Shown piece by piece: positions 12,428 to 24,497 of a DNA stretch of 37,978 nucleotides; the first letter of the stretch is position 1, and the number at the start of each line of letters is the position of its first letter. The position numbers and the translations under genes were made by a program. The stretch is from Blastocystis sp. subtype 4. Its lineage: Eukaryota. The notes below the pieces were generated by a model. It had not been told where the DNA came from, made no database searches, and saw nothing but the letters and a program-made list of their open reading frames with translations. Location of the stretch: the NCBI RefSeq assembly GCF_000743755.1, contig NW_014569475.1, forward strand, positions 1-37,978, read 5' to 3'.

Positions 12428-14166
12428 TCAAAATTTGTATTTCTTCCCTCTTACAAAGGAAACACTATTTTCAACTGCTTTCACCACTTTTGGTATTGTC
12501 ACATTGAAATCCCGATCTCGGATTCCCGCACGCTGACAGATCACAGAAGAAGGATCTTTATCACATTGAGGTCCTTTCTTCCCTATAGAACGAATCAACA
12601 CATATCCCAGATTCGCATTCTCTGAGAGGCGTCGATAACACGCCAGGTACCAATAAGGTGGCATGAGTTCAATCAAATATGAATTAGGTAACATGAAGAT
12701 AGTATTTGTCAATCCAGCTCCATGTGCTGCAACTAAGATGTCTAGTGCCATAAACCGTTTCACCTGATCCACTGCTGATTCATTTTCAAGGACCTTGTAT
12801 TCGATAGCAATTGTATCTGAAAAGCGTTCTTGAAGAGTCTGATACAATTCTTCTTCATTCAATACACGACGCTTATTCACTCGACGAATTTGAAGCATTG
12901 ATAATTGATCAGTTGGAGATTTCATTTTCGGCTGCACTCCTGCTCTCTTATATGCGGCTGCACGAATCATATCCACACCTAGAGGTTCCGGTATGAAGTT
13001 GCCTGCACCATCCGAATCCCAATTCCGAAACACCACAAGAAGAGAATCACAGAATGGAACATTAGGCTTCAGTAACGAATCACGCACAAAATGGATTTGA
13101 GGACGACGTGAACTAGAAAAGAGGTCGAGATATATGTATTCCATAAAACCGCACCATTTTGTGTATTGCACTCCTCGTTGACTTGACATCACAATATGCG
13201 AAATCTAGGCTTCAAAATCTCATTGAATAGATACAGGAGGGAATGATTCGGGATGAAGAGCCAAACGGATCATCTGACTTGATCCTTCAAGAAAGTGATA
13301 GATATTACTAAAACTACGTGGTCGGAATACAGCAGTATGGTTCCCATTGGTATGAAGTCGTGATGGCGATAAGTCTTCATTCATCGACTCGATTGGAGAA
13401 AAATAGAAATCGGGTGTATGCGTTATCTTTCGAGCATTCAATGCAACAGATTGACCCTTAGATCCAAAGACTTGAATTTGATTGCCAGGAGGCAATATAC
13501 ACGCGTTAGTAAGAAGAGCATAATTTACAGTGTAAGATCCATCTGTCTCTCCATTCGATCTATAGTAAATTAAAGGATTTAGTCTCACTCTTTCCACCAT
13601 TGCACATTAGCTGTCTCATTCATTGGCAATTGAGAACTAAGAAGTTCGCGGTAATATTGGAACTGTTCAAACCAATCCAACTTCCGAAAGTCAATTCGAT
13701 TTCGGACCGTGTTAACTAATCCTTCTTTTGTAAAAACTACATCCTTTACAGGTGGAACACTGAAGAAAAGAGGTTCATAATGAACCTCATTGATTCGCTC
13801 GATAGATGGATCCAATTTTTCAGATGATATTTCTGAACGGAAAATATGTCGTTTCGGTAATTTCCTCTTCTTAGATCGTCGCGATGGAGAAATAGAACCA
13901 CTCCTTTTGACATTCAAGGTAGGAAATACAGGTGTAGAGCTAGGAGTAGTAGACATTTCAATAGCAGAATCAGTCAATTCCTCTTCTGTTCCAAAATCAA
14001 CACCCCTATACTTATTATCTATACTAATACCATACGTTGAATATACATATTGTAATACATGATTAGATAGAAAATTTAAGTGAAAAGAGTAGCAAATCTG
14101 TAAACTTCCATACACAGCTAGAATACCAAGTAAAAGGACATGGCACCATAGCTGGAATCCTTTCAT
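12428..14166 (-). CDS. Glycosyltransferase family 61 (DUF563-like) type II membrane protein; introns 13560-13588 and 13205-13234
   Basis: N-terminal TM anchor, NIYHFLE, RRVNKRRVLNEEEL, QVKRFMALDILVAAHGAGLTNTIFMLPNSYLIELMP (GT61 signature). TGA 12428-12430 lies exactly 4 nt before TGTTTGTT. Confidence 0.88.
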
Positions 14167-14227
14167 AACCCAAAGCAAAAACAACCCTTCGTCAAAGAAA
14201 CATTAAACAAAATAGCACAATATCCTC

Positions 14228-15141
14228 TTAATCATCAAAAGGATTGTCGTCCTCGAAGGGGTTCTCTTCGCGCTTCTTATTCGAAGCTCGCGCCTTCTTT
14301 GATTTCTTCTCTCCAGGGACAGATGCAGCTGGAATGTCGTCATCCGAAGAGGATTCGAAAGGATTAGCCTCATACGCCTATATATTAACACCAATACAGA
14401 TGCCATACAGGAGCCTTCTTCTCCTTCTTACTCTCTGTTTGCTTCTTTGCAACAGGCTCAGAAGCAGCTTCAGCCTATGATCAAAGCAAATGTAAGGATC
14501 CTACTCCATTACTGTAAAACTCACCTCCCTTCTGGAAAGAAGGATGCTTACACACAACAAAGCAGTTGAAAATGCAAAGCACAATGCCAATAATACCAAT
14601 GATAATGTTCAGGAGAGGAAGACTCTTTCCCTTCCCCCTTCCAAAAACCATAGCGACAGCACTACACTAATCATTCAAATAAAACAATACAAGAGAGTAA
14701 AAATGGTTCGTCCCATATAGGAGTACATAAAACCGAAATACTTCCTAATAAACTCTTCATACTTTCCTAGTCCCATTTCGAAATAGATCAACATCACAGA
14801 AAACAATCTAACAATAAAGCCCAAGATCCACATAGTACATGCAATAAACCATCATAAAGATCGTAGTAGTGTTCATTTGAATCGAACCAGTGATCATATC
14901 GATAGGATAACATAGAATAAGCAGAACACCAAGGACAATGTCCCCATATCTCATTATCTTGATTAGAGTTGATCCAGAAGCAGCACTGATTCTACACACA
15001 TAAACAGTGTTCAAAAAACTCCGACTTATCTGCAGCAGCGTTTGTAGCCTTCTTAAAACCGCTAGCAACTCCCTTTGCGGCCTTTCCAGCTACATCAAAG
15101 GCCTTATCAGCCAGAGTAGCATCGCCATCAGTATTGGACAT
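14228..15141 (-). CDS. COPI-associated / TVP15-like Golgi membrane protein with a charged C-tail
   Basis: ATG 15141 MSNTDGDATLADKAFD, hydrophobic segments, and the motif FIRKYFGFMYSYMGRTIF. The last exon ends EENPFEDDNPFDD-TAA (14228-14230). Confidence 0.7.
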
Positions 15142-15459
15142 TGTATCTCGACGATATCAAAGAATGAATGATTCGTTCCCTGGATGAAATAATTTTATTT
15201 CGATGATTGCATTCTTCCAACTTGATCGCAATATACTTCGTAATTCTTCAAGTCGTGTTTGTACCAATGTCAATAAAGCCATTTGTAATTTCAAATTGGA
15301 AATGTACATCAAGCGTCTTTCATCATAATTCCAGCTCGAACATTCTCTTGAATCTTCGGAAGAGTGCTTCGACGAACCATAATCCTTTTTCACAACACAA
15401 AACACATGATACGAGAGAACGGGAATTAGATCATTCTGGCATATGGATAAAGGAAAACA

Positions 15460-18400
15460 TGAATGCCGATTTCTTCGTAAATCTACATTCATTCTCTGTC
15501 AAACATAGATTAATCTATTTCCTTATGCGGTTTTCAGAGAATAAGGATCCAATTGAAGTAGATCTTGTAGAATGTGTGTAATTTGGTAGCTCACTGGATT
15601 AACGCTTTTCTATCCAATCTATGAGTCAACAGGAGAGGAGGGTATCTTCATGTTAGGTACTCTTTGCTCCAGAGGAACTCCTCTACACAATACTGCTGCT
15701 TCGTAGGATCTAGTTGGTGTAATCCTTTTATCTGTAGATGTCAATTCACTCGATCGAATAAAGATTTCTTTACTGTCACCGATGGAATGGTATTCCCTGT
15801 TCGTTATTGTGATTGTCCTTTGGATACTTACATTGTGAGGAAAAATGAACGAAATGATGGATAGGTGCTAACTCTCTTGGATAACAATATGAAGCCGTTT
15901 GCAGAGACGTCGTACTGTCTTTTTGATGAGAGTAAACAGTTACGTCAAGGAAATCAGAAGGTGCGTTTCTTTAATGCATTGACGAGTAACGTATGGGAGG
16001 TGCTTGTAATGTAGAAAACATCTATACAATTCCTCCTGATTGTGGATATATGGAGATTGATCCATACTTGAAGTGGGAGGATACGAATTGTGGAATTTGT
16101 GGTAGAAGATGATGTATAGTAAGGATAAGTTCCAATCAATGCGAGTGGTTATCTACGATTACTGAAGGTCGGGTAGGTGAAGTGTTTCTAATGAATGGCA
16201 GATCAGTGAAGTTACCACAGATAGCATTGCTTACAAAAAACGGTTCTTAGAGGCTCTTGGACGCAAATTGTACAATCGCAAATTCTCGCTTCCTCCTGTT
16301 CCCAATACCATGAATGAAGGTATCATTGTTACTACGTCTACATGTTTAGTAGTTCATGAGAATCATGGAAATGACATTTGTTTGGAAATGCTGTTTAGGT
16401 TGCCAATCTATGGTGATATGACATATGAGAATATTGAGTAGTGTAAAACTGCTGGAGTCATGAATAGATATCACCATGATGTGATGCGACAAGATCGATT
16501 GGCATTGTAGTAATGTATCTATTATATGATTATAGGGTTAATGCTTGTATTCTGGACTATAATAAGAGTGCAGAAATGCCAGATTCAGCGACAATGTGGA
16601 ATGATTTTGATTCTGTGTATTATGACGGAGAGGTAGCTGTAACAAATCCTGTCGATATCAAGTTCAATATGGTAAGAATTATCAACTATAATCACAAATA
16701 GATGAAAGAGGCAGGACGTAGATATTACAGTGTTGAGAACAAACCAACTAATGAAGAACGCATGTATTTGCTTCGTTTGCTGAACACTGTACTACCAGAA
16801 GACTTGAAGGATGAAGATCGAACTCTGATCTGGACCTATCGGTAAGGATGAGAGAGAAGGAATGATAAGTAGGCATGTATTGTCAGGAATGCGTCATGCC
16901 TTACCCAAAATACTTTGCAGTATGGATCTGACGGACCCTACAGAAGCAGCACAGGCTGTGGCAATGTTAGAACAGTGGCCTGAGTTATGTGTGGAGGACG
17001 CGTTACAGCTATTGTCCAAGCGAATGCCGCATCCTACTGTGCGAGCCTATGCTGTAGAGCAATTAGATCGCCAGCTGAGTGATGAGGATCTCCAGTTGTA
17101 TCTCCTTCAACTAGTTCAGGCATTACGATATGAGCAATTGCCTTGTCGCTGTGAGATCCAAGAGGAGCAAGTGAAGCATATGGTGCGATTAGAGAAGCAA
17201 GTAACAACTCCCACTGTAACCACCGAGCTGGAGGCTGTATCAGATTCAATTGATCTTGTTCCTGAAGCTGGTGAACCAGAAGTGATTGAAGAAGAAGTCA
17301 CAGAGACCGTTCAACATCAAGTGTTTGTCCCACAGTCACCTCTGTTGAAGTTCATTTGTACACGATGCTCCATTCATCGTTCATTAGCTTCATTATGTTT
17401 GAACTATATTCATGTGGAGACAAATCAAGACACAGAGGAAGAGTCACAAAGGAATGAGAGTAGATATGAATGGCGATTGTGATATAGGCTTTATTCAAAT
17501 GGAGATGTGTTTCTTGAACTATCTGAAGGAGAATCAGCCTACTGTTTATGAAGAACTCATGAAAGAAAAGCAGTGTACGGAAATGGTATGATTTTTGTCA
17601 TTCCAATAACCATCCAGATTTTTGCATTGAGTAAACGAATCATGGAGATGGGTGGTCGTGCTCAGAAGAAGCAAGAGAATCTGCGTGCCTTATTGAGTGG
17701 AGAATATAAGGAATCGTTCGCTGATCATCCATTCTTACCAGTACGAACAGATTTACCTCTGAGTCATGTGCTGGCATCATGTGCAAAAGTCTTCCAGAGT
17801 GCCATGATGCCATTCTCATTGGAGTTTGTAATTGAAGGCAGTACGAGGTAGGGATAAGAATGGGATTTGACTCCAGAGAAGTATCCCCTGTCCGTTTGTT
17901 ACGACGAGAATCACAGAGCACAGTTAGTGAAGGAGATGTGGCAACAAGTGATATTTGTAAGGAGTGTGGTCATTCGTATCCCAAATGCATTTGTTTGCGA
18001 TGTGCTGTATGTGGGAATCTTCTTGTTCAGGTAGAAATACTGTTGTTTTTTGACATTCCAGAAACATCATTGTCGAGATTGTAAGTACCCAATCTGCGCG
18101 AAATGTGGTGTGGAGAAGAATAGCCTGTGGTACTGTCAGGACACAGATAAGTGCGACAAACGTCGTTTCTTAGTGTTGCGTGTGATGGTAAAGAATGGAG
18201 ATGATGTTAGACAAGACCAGATGGTGATTCAAATGATTCGGTTGATGAACAAACTATTGAATGATGTGAATCTGAATCTGTGTTTATCTCCATATGATGT
18301 GGTGGCGATGAAGTGAGATTAGCTATGATCTATCATAAGTAGTTCATCACAGGGAATGTTGGAGATGGTTCCAAACAGTCAGGATTTATCAGGAGTTAAG

Positions 18401-19020
18401 TCGATCCGTGCTTTCTTAAAAGAGAAGCATCCTGATTCGTCTAGTGATTTAGGAATCAAACCAGAAGTATTGGATACCTATGTGCGTAGTTGTGCTGGTT
18501 ACGCAGTGATCACTTATTTGTTGGGTATAGGTGATCGTCACTTGAATAATATTATGTTAGATGTGAGTATAGGGAGAGAAGGAATGATTGATAGAATGAT
18601 GGACACTTGTTTCATATTGATTTTGGTTATATCTTTGGACAGGATCCCAAGGTAAAAGAAGCAATGATTCGAATCACTACAGATATGATTGATGTTGAAA
18701 AGAGAGATTGGACTGATGTTTAGGGAATGGGAGGACAGAACAGTGAGAATTATCGCTTGTTCTTGGGTTATGCATTCCAAGCGTATCATATTTTGCGTCG
18801 TAATGCTGCTTTGTTAATAACGTTGCTGGAGATGATGATGGATGCGAATATCAAGGATTGTAAACCAGAATATCTCAAAAAGATGATTGGAAGGTTTAAT
18901 TTGGATATGACGGAAGAGGAAGCAGAGCGTGCTTTCAAGAACGTTTTGGAGAAGTGTATAGGTGACATGGTTGCAGGTGTTCTTGAAATTGCTCATAATA
19001 TTGCTACATCAATGAGATAA
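15460..19020 (+). CDS. VPS34: Class III phosphatidylinositol 3-kinase Vps34, multi-exon; start approximate
   Basis: C2 region KQLRQGNQK. Helical domain LIWTYR, HALPKILCS, EDALQLLS...VRAYAVEQL, YLLQLVQALRYE. Kinase domain VFQSAMMP, KNGDDVRQDQMVIQMI, YVRSCAGYAVITYLLGIGDRHLNN, FHIDFGYIFG. TAA 19018-19020, TGTTTGTT 19036-19043. Confidence 0.92.
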
Positions 19021-19141
19021 TTTGATTTCTTGGAATGTTTGTTGAATAATGTGTGTTTACTGAGTTCCTGGGAGTTACGGTGATTGCGCCAATTGGGCTC
19101 CCCATCATTGCATATTTCTATACTAAGTAGGGTTAGCTAAA

Positions 19142-22100
19142 ATGGAAGAGATCGCATATGTGAGTTATATATAATCTGATAATGATAAATTAGGCATTAT
19201 ATCCGTATCAAGGAACAGATGATACTCAACTTACATTGAAAGAAGGTGACGCTGTTAAAGTTCTTCATTATTTTGAACATTGGTGTTATTGCCAATATGG
19301 AGATAAGGTTCCAGTTTATCAATGTGTCTTAAGTGTAGGCAGGATACTATCCTACTTCTTACTTGGATTTTGTTTATTTTGGTATGGAATTTGATTTGTA
19401 GGGTGAAGATAGTGATTCCTATGATGTGGTGGAAGCTTCGATGAATTCCGTTGTATTAAAATCTGAATCTGCTCAGGATACTTCCAACCAGGTAGCAATC
19501 GCTGAGGAGAGGGAGAGTAATAACGAAGAGGAGAGAAAGAGAGCTGCAGAAGAGGCTGCAAGAAGGAAGGCTGAAGAAGAAGCTGCTAAGAAGAGAGCTG
19601 AAGAGGAGGCTGCTAGGAAGAGAGCAGAGGAAGAGGAAGCTGCCAGAAAGAGAGCTGAGGAAGAAGCTGCTAAGAAGAGAGCTGAAGAGGAGAGAAAGAG
19701 GGCTGCAGAAGAGGCTGCAAGAAGGAAAGCTGAAGAGGAAGCTGCTAAGAAGAGGGCTGAGGAAGAAGCAGCAGCAGCCAGAAAGAGAGCTGAAGAAGAG
19801 GCTGCTAAGAAGAGAGCTGAAGAGGAAGCTGCAAGAAAGAGGGCTGCAGAAGAGGCTGCAAGAAGGAAAGCTGAAGAAGAGGCTTCTAAGAAGAGAGCCG
19901 AAGAGGAGAGAAAGAGAGCTGAGCAAGAAGCAGCCAGAAAGAAAGCTGAGGAAGAGGCTGCCAGAAAGACTCAGAACGTATCACATCCAATGTTGAATAA
20001 TATCAGTGATTCGGAATCTGACTGCTATGAAGAAGCAACAATTGTTAACAATACTCAACCATTTCAGTTTATTCATTTGCCACCACCTCCAGTTCAACCT
20101 CAATCCAAACAATCAACATATCGATCACCTGCTCCTCATAGTACACCACCATCACCTCCAATAGAGAAAGAGAAAGGATTCATTGATAAGCTGTTGATGA
20201 ATTTGAGAATTCGAAGTGGATGTCATGTAGCACTCAGTGTCAGAATTCACTTGTAGACTCTTGAGCAATCAATGAAAGATGGTTCATGTTGTAAGGACTG
20301 TTAATCTGTAGAAATGAAACAAATGAAGAAGAAGAAGACCTTAAATGAAGGTCTTCGTCAAATGTTAGAAGAGTTTATTACAACAGGTTATAGTGATTCA
20401 TAATAATTATAAGTAGAACGAGATTACTATACATATTTAGAAGATTTGTATGATAATTTCTTTATGAATATGTACTATTCAAATTCTTCGGTTATTCGAG
20501 ACATCACCAATACATCCGAAGTACACTTAGTCAACTGAATTGATTATAGATGGGACGATTGATTCAAAGTACACGTCAAATTCTGGATATCCATAATAAC
20601 CTTCTATTTCAATACGAACAATTGCACATTGGTATAATTAGGAGAGAATCAATTGATTCTAGAAACAAATGAAGATATGTGTTTCTTAGCCTTGTTCTCG
20701 ATGTTTATAAGTCTATTGTCTCCATATGTCTATTACTCAGCTGTATTGACTGTATGTTCGAAGAATCTTGAAAAGTAGAACAAGTAGATTGGAATGATCT
20801 ATAGGGCTATGATGAATCCAGAATTCAAAGCATTTACAGATGCTTACAATCGATATTTCAATCAGAATACTACAAATAGTACTCATGACAATGTCTCAAA
20901 TCTCTCCTTTTTTGATATCTTGAGTACTCCAATTAAACGGGTGATTTTTGACAGTTGTTATGTCACAAATAGATCGTATTTTATGGGCAGTTCCTCGAAC
21001 GTCTCAAATCGACTTTAGTGAGTACTGAACAGCAAAACCTCTTGGACCAATGCGTTGTTCGTTTGAATGGACTTGTCACTTCTATGAACAGTTCTCTGTG
21101 TCGAGAAGACTCACATCAGCGTCTCATTGAACTCTCTACCAAATTAGGGAGTTCCCAAATTCCTCATTGCTTTGCCATCTTGGATCAAAGTCGAATTCTC
21201 TGTCTGGAAGATGATGTGAAACTAACATCAACAGATGAAGTAACATATTTTGGAATGACTGAAATCTAGACAAAAAATGGATCATATCATGCTATCCTCT
21301 GTGATGATGTACTATTGTTTTGCAAGTCCTTATCTGTCTATTGTTAAATGCTTAGAGTTAGTGGAGAGAAGTATACATTACGATATGTGTACGACATGAA
21401 AGACGTTTACTTTGATAAGAATGGTGTCGAAAGACTATCGTCGGATTTGAAGTATACGGAGAGTGATCTGCTGATTCATCTGTATACCAATAACAGAACA
21501 GAGATGTTAATCATGTTATTCTGAATCTGAATGATAATCACTAGAACAGCAAGTAATTATTCAATGAAACGATATTGGATTCGAAATCTTCTTGATATCA
21601 CTACGGAATATGAAGATTCTTCGTCGTGTAACCAATCATTAGCATGTTTACATTCCTTCAGCTCTAGCAAATCATTGTATTACTCACCTACTCCTATAGA
21701 AGGTTCATATTTCTCTTCATCTCCTTCACAACCAACAATTGTATCGTTCATGCGAGAGACCGAAGAAGAAGAGTCTCCAAAGGCATGTACTGAGTGTGGA
21801 AGTAGACTCACATTCATTTCAAGTCGTAACTGTGATATTTGTAAGCGAACGTTTTGTAAGAATTGTTGTAATTCAAAGCTTCTTAGAACAGGTATTTGTA
21901 AATTGGTCATTTTATCTTCAGATTCACTTGAATTTGTGTGTTGTTGTAATGATTGCTATATCCAGAGAAATAGGATTCAACGAAGAGGATCATCAATTGA
22001 CGAGGACTGTTATTGTAGTCATCAGTCTCTCCTTCAGAAGTGGGTTTGATTTGTTTCTGTCATTATTAGTTTGTTTGATACGATTACGGCTCTTACTCCT

Positions 22101-22706
22101 TCATGGCGTGAAAGTTCTGTTATTCTCTCTTCCTCTACATTGAATGAATCATCCTTATCTCTCTCTGCTTCTATGTTACCTCCAGAAGCAGGTGCATTGT
22201 TAGAAGAACCATCATCTCCAGAGTTTGTTCAGTTTATTCAAGTTTGAATGATGAAGAGAGATTAGGAATAGGCATTATTTGTGAGCATTCCTCCAACTCT
22301 TCCTCCTCTCAATAAGATCATTCGAATAGGTCTATTTGGAGTGAATAATGAAGACCGATTGTTACCAAAGTGTGTGTTGGTGATTCTGTGTGATAACGAA
22401 TTGTTACTTGGTTCAGTTAATTTGCGTAGAGAATATGAATGATTTAAATGAATAGAAACAATGAAAGAGAAGAATAAACCAGTTAAGTATGAGCAAGGTT
22501 ACCTTCTTTCTGAAGTGGGTGTTTTACCAAAGACAAGGAAACATGTCATAAATATCCTTAGTCTAATTAAAAATGAGAAGTCCTTGACTGAACCTCTTGT
22601 GAATGGACTAGGTGTGATTAATCTTTACTGTTTTGATTCTTGGATGGAAGATCAATGGAGAATCCTTTTGAGTAAGTATTGTCGTTTCAGAAAGGATAAA
22701 CAGTAA
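19142..22706 (+). CDS. SH3 - single-alpha-helix - RhoGEF (DH) - PH - FYVE-like protein (FGD-like), multi-exon
   Basis: SH3: MEEIAY|ALYPYQGTDDTQLTLKEGDAVKVL...WCYCQYGDK|AGYYPTSYL. DH: MLEEFITT|ERDYYTYL and FFDILSTPIKR. PH end MKRYWIRNL. Finger CTECG...CDICKRTFCKNC...CCNDC. Three further ~30-nt introns extend the frame to KDKQ-TAA 22704-22706, followed by TGTTTGTT. Confidence 0.78.
19528..19968 (+). repeat. Coding low-complexity tandem repeat (AEEEAARKR-like units, ~27 nt)
   Basis: Repeated gctgaagaagaggctgctaagaagaga-like units encoding an E/K/R/A helix. Confidence 0.9.
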
Positions 22707-22709
22707 CTT

Positions 22710-22746
22710 TGTTTGTTAATTCATCCTCCATGTGTATAAACAAACA
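22710..22746. terminator. Pair of opposed TGTTTGTT elements (+22710-22717, -22746-22739) between the convergent RhoGEF and CK1 genes
   Basis: The motifs lie 3 nt and 9 nt past the respective stop codons. Confidence 0.8.
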
Positions 22747-22755
22747 GTCAATAAA

Positions 22756-24281
22756 CTACTTACCTTGTCGATAAGGAGAAGGTCTTCTTAATACTTCAGT
22801 TGCTTGTTCTCCCACCAAATTCACATGTCCATTTGAATATACTTTTCGTGTTGGGTCTTCTCTTGGGTTACTTGGTGGTGGTGCATAATAACGAAGATTA
22901 CGACGATCATCACGATCATCATACATATGAGTCATAGGCACAGTTCGCTGACTCTGACTAGGTACTCCATATGAATAAGACAAATATGGAGATGCTGGTT
23001 TCACCTCCTTGCGACGAGGATCTGGGGCCATCGCAGTACGCGCAAGCCGAGGATCTGAATAAGCTGAGAACATAGATACAGATTGATGATCAGATTGACT
23101 TGGTGGGTACTTTCGCTGAGATGAAATTGACTGAGACGTTAGTGTTGGAGGCTTCTGACGATATGCTTCTAGTGACTTATTGAATTCCAAAAATAGTACC
23201 TTCTTTGTACATTTCTCGATATTCAGCAGGTGCAGGATATTTTAGCTCACTAAGCATAAATCCTTTTGCATTTAGGCAATGTTTTGGGAGTTTCATATCA
23301 TTAAACTTATCCGTCGTATTCACCCAATCATACACACCATCATTCTTCATATTCTGCATTTAAATTTAGCAAATAACCCTACTCTTTCTTCCAGAGCTGT
23401 TTTAAATAATCGTCGAAGATGACGATAATCAGGAACTTGATCAAAACTCAAACGTCTACAATACTCCATGTAATCTTTAAATTGTGAAGGCAAACCTCCA
23501 CACAAATCATCTAATGATGTCTATATGAAAAGTAGATTGGCAATTATACTTCAAGTTTTGATTTCATAATCTTTTCATATTTCTGTTTTCGAGCTGTTCC
23601 AGCTAGACCTTGCCAAGGAAGACGTCCTTTTAAGAAGTATATCAGAACATATCCTAACGACTCCAGATCATCACGTCGGCTCTGCTCAACACCCATATGG
23701 TTGTTGATAGAGGCATAGCGCGGAGTTCCTGTGAGACTTTTGCCTTCACGATACCTGAATTTCACCATACGAATTAGGTCTTACGGAATGTGTTCTTTCG
23801 TTCCTGGTGTTCGATATCTCTTAGAAAGACCAAAATCAATTACATAGATGACATTAGCTCGATTGCCGAGTCCTAGAACAAAATTATCTGGCTTGATGTC
23901 ACGGTGGATAAAGTTACGGTGGTGGATGAACTCTAACCTAGTAAGAAGCTCGATACCAAGCATTAACACCGTTTTCACTGTGAAACGTCGGTAACAATAG
24001 TTGAACATATCCTCAAGACTCGGACCCAGAAGATCCATCACCATTACATTCATATTCATGACATCCTTCTGTAAATGGACTTTTGGGATACCCATACCAC
24101 CTTCCAGATATTTATATACTTTGGCCTCATACACAAGCTGAGGATTCTTGCAATTTGCCATCTCCTTCTTGATTGCTACAAATTCCTTCGTTTGCGTATT
24201 TTGACCTAAATAGATTTGCCCAAAGGCTCCTTGACCAATAAGAGCCTTTTCATAGTATAGCCCGTTTATCAATTCACCCAT
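22756..24281 (-). CDS. Casein kinase I with a Pro/Ser/Tyr-rich C-tail, multi-exon
   Basis: [75 protein letters not shown] (CK1 signature). TAG 22756-22758, element at 22746-22739. Confidence 0.95.
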
Positions 24282-24497
24282 GTTATTTTTCACTAACTGT
24301 CAAGTGAACCGCTTTTGAGATAATAGCCGAACGATTAAACCCTTCAGGCTGTCTTCTCCTGCTTTTCTATTGTCCGTTTCATTTAAGTACAGAAATCTAG
24401 ACAATTTTTGTTAATCTGCAAAGATGTCTCTATTTCTGACAATTAGTGAACAGAAAGATTTGAAAGGATCGGGAGAAAAATTCAACAAACAGGATAA

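Noticed and set aside
15157..15492. 111-aa and 124-aa ORFs between the COPI-associated gene and Vps34
   Set aside because: No recognisable motifs or consistent gene end; a small gene cannot be excluded.
17140..17335. Acidic insertion in the Vps34 helical domain
   Set aside because: Vps34 proteins commonly have a variable low-complexity loop after QALRYE/QALKYE.
19456..19926. 156-aa Ser/Leu/Phe-rich minus-strand ORF
   Set aside because: Antisense shadow of the E/K/R/A repeat.
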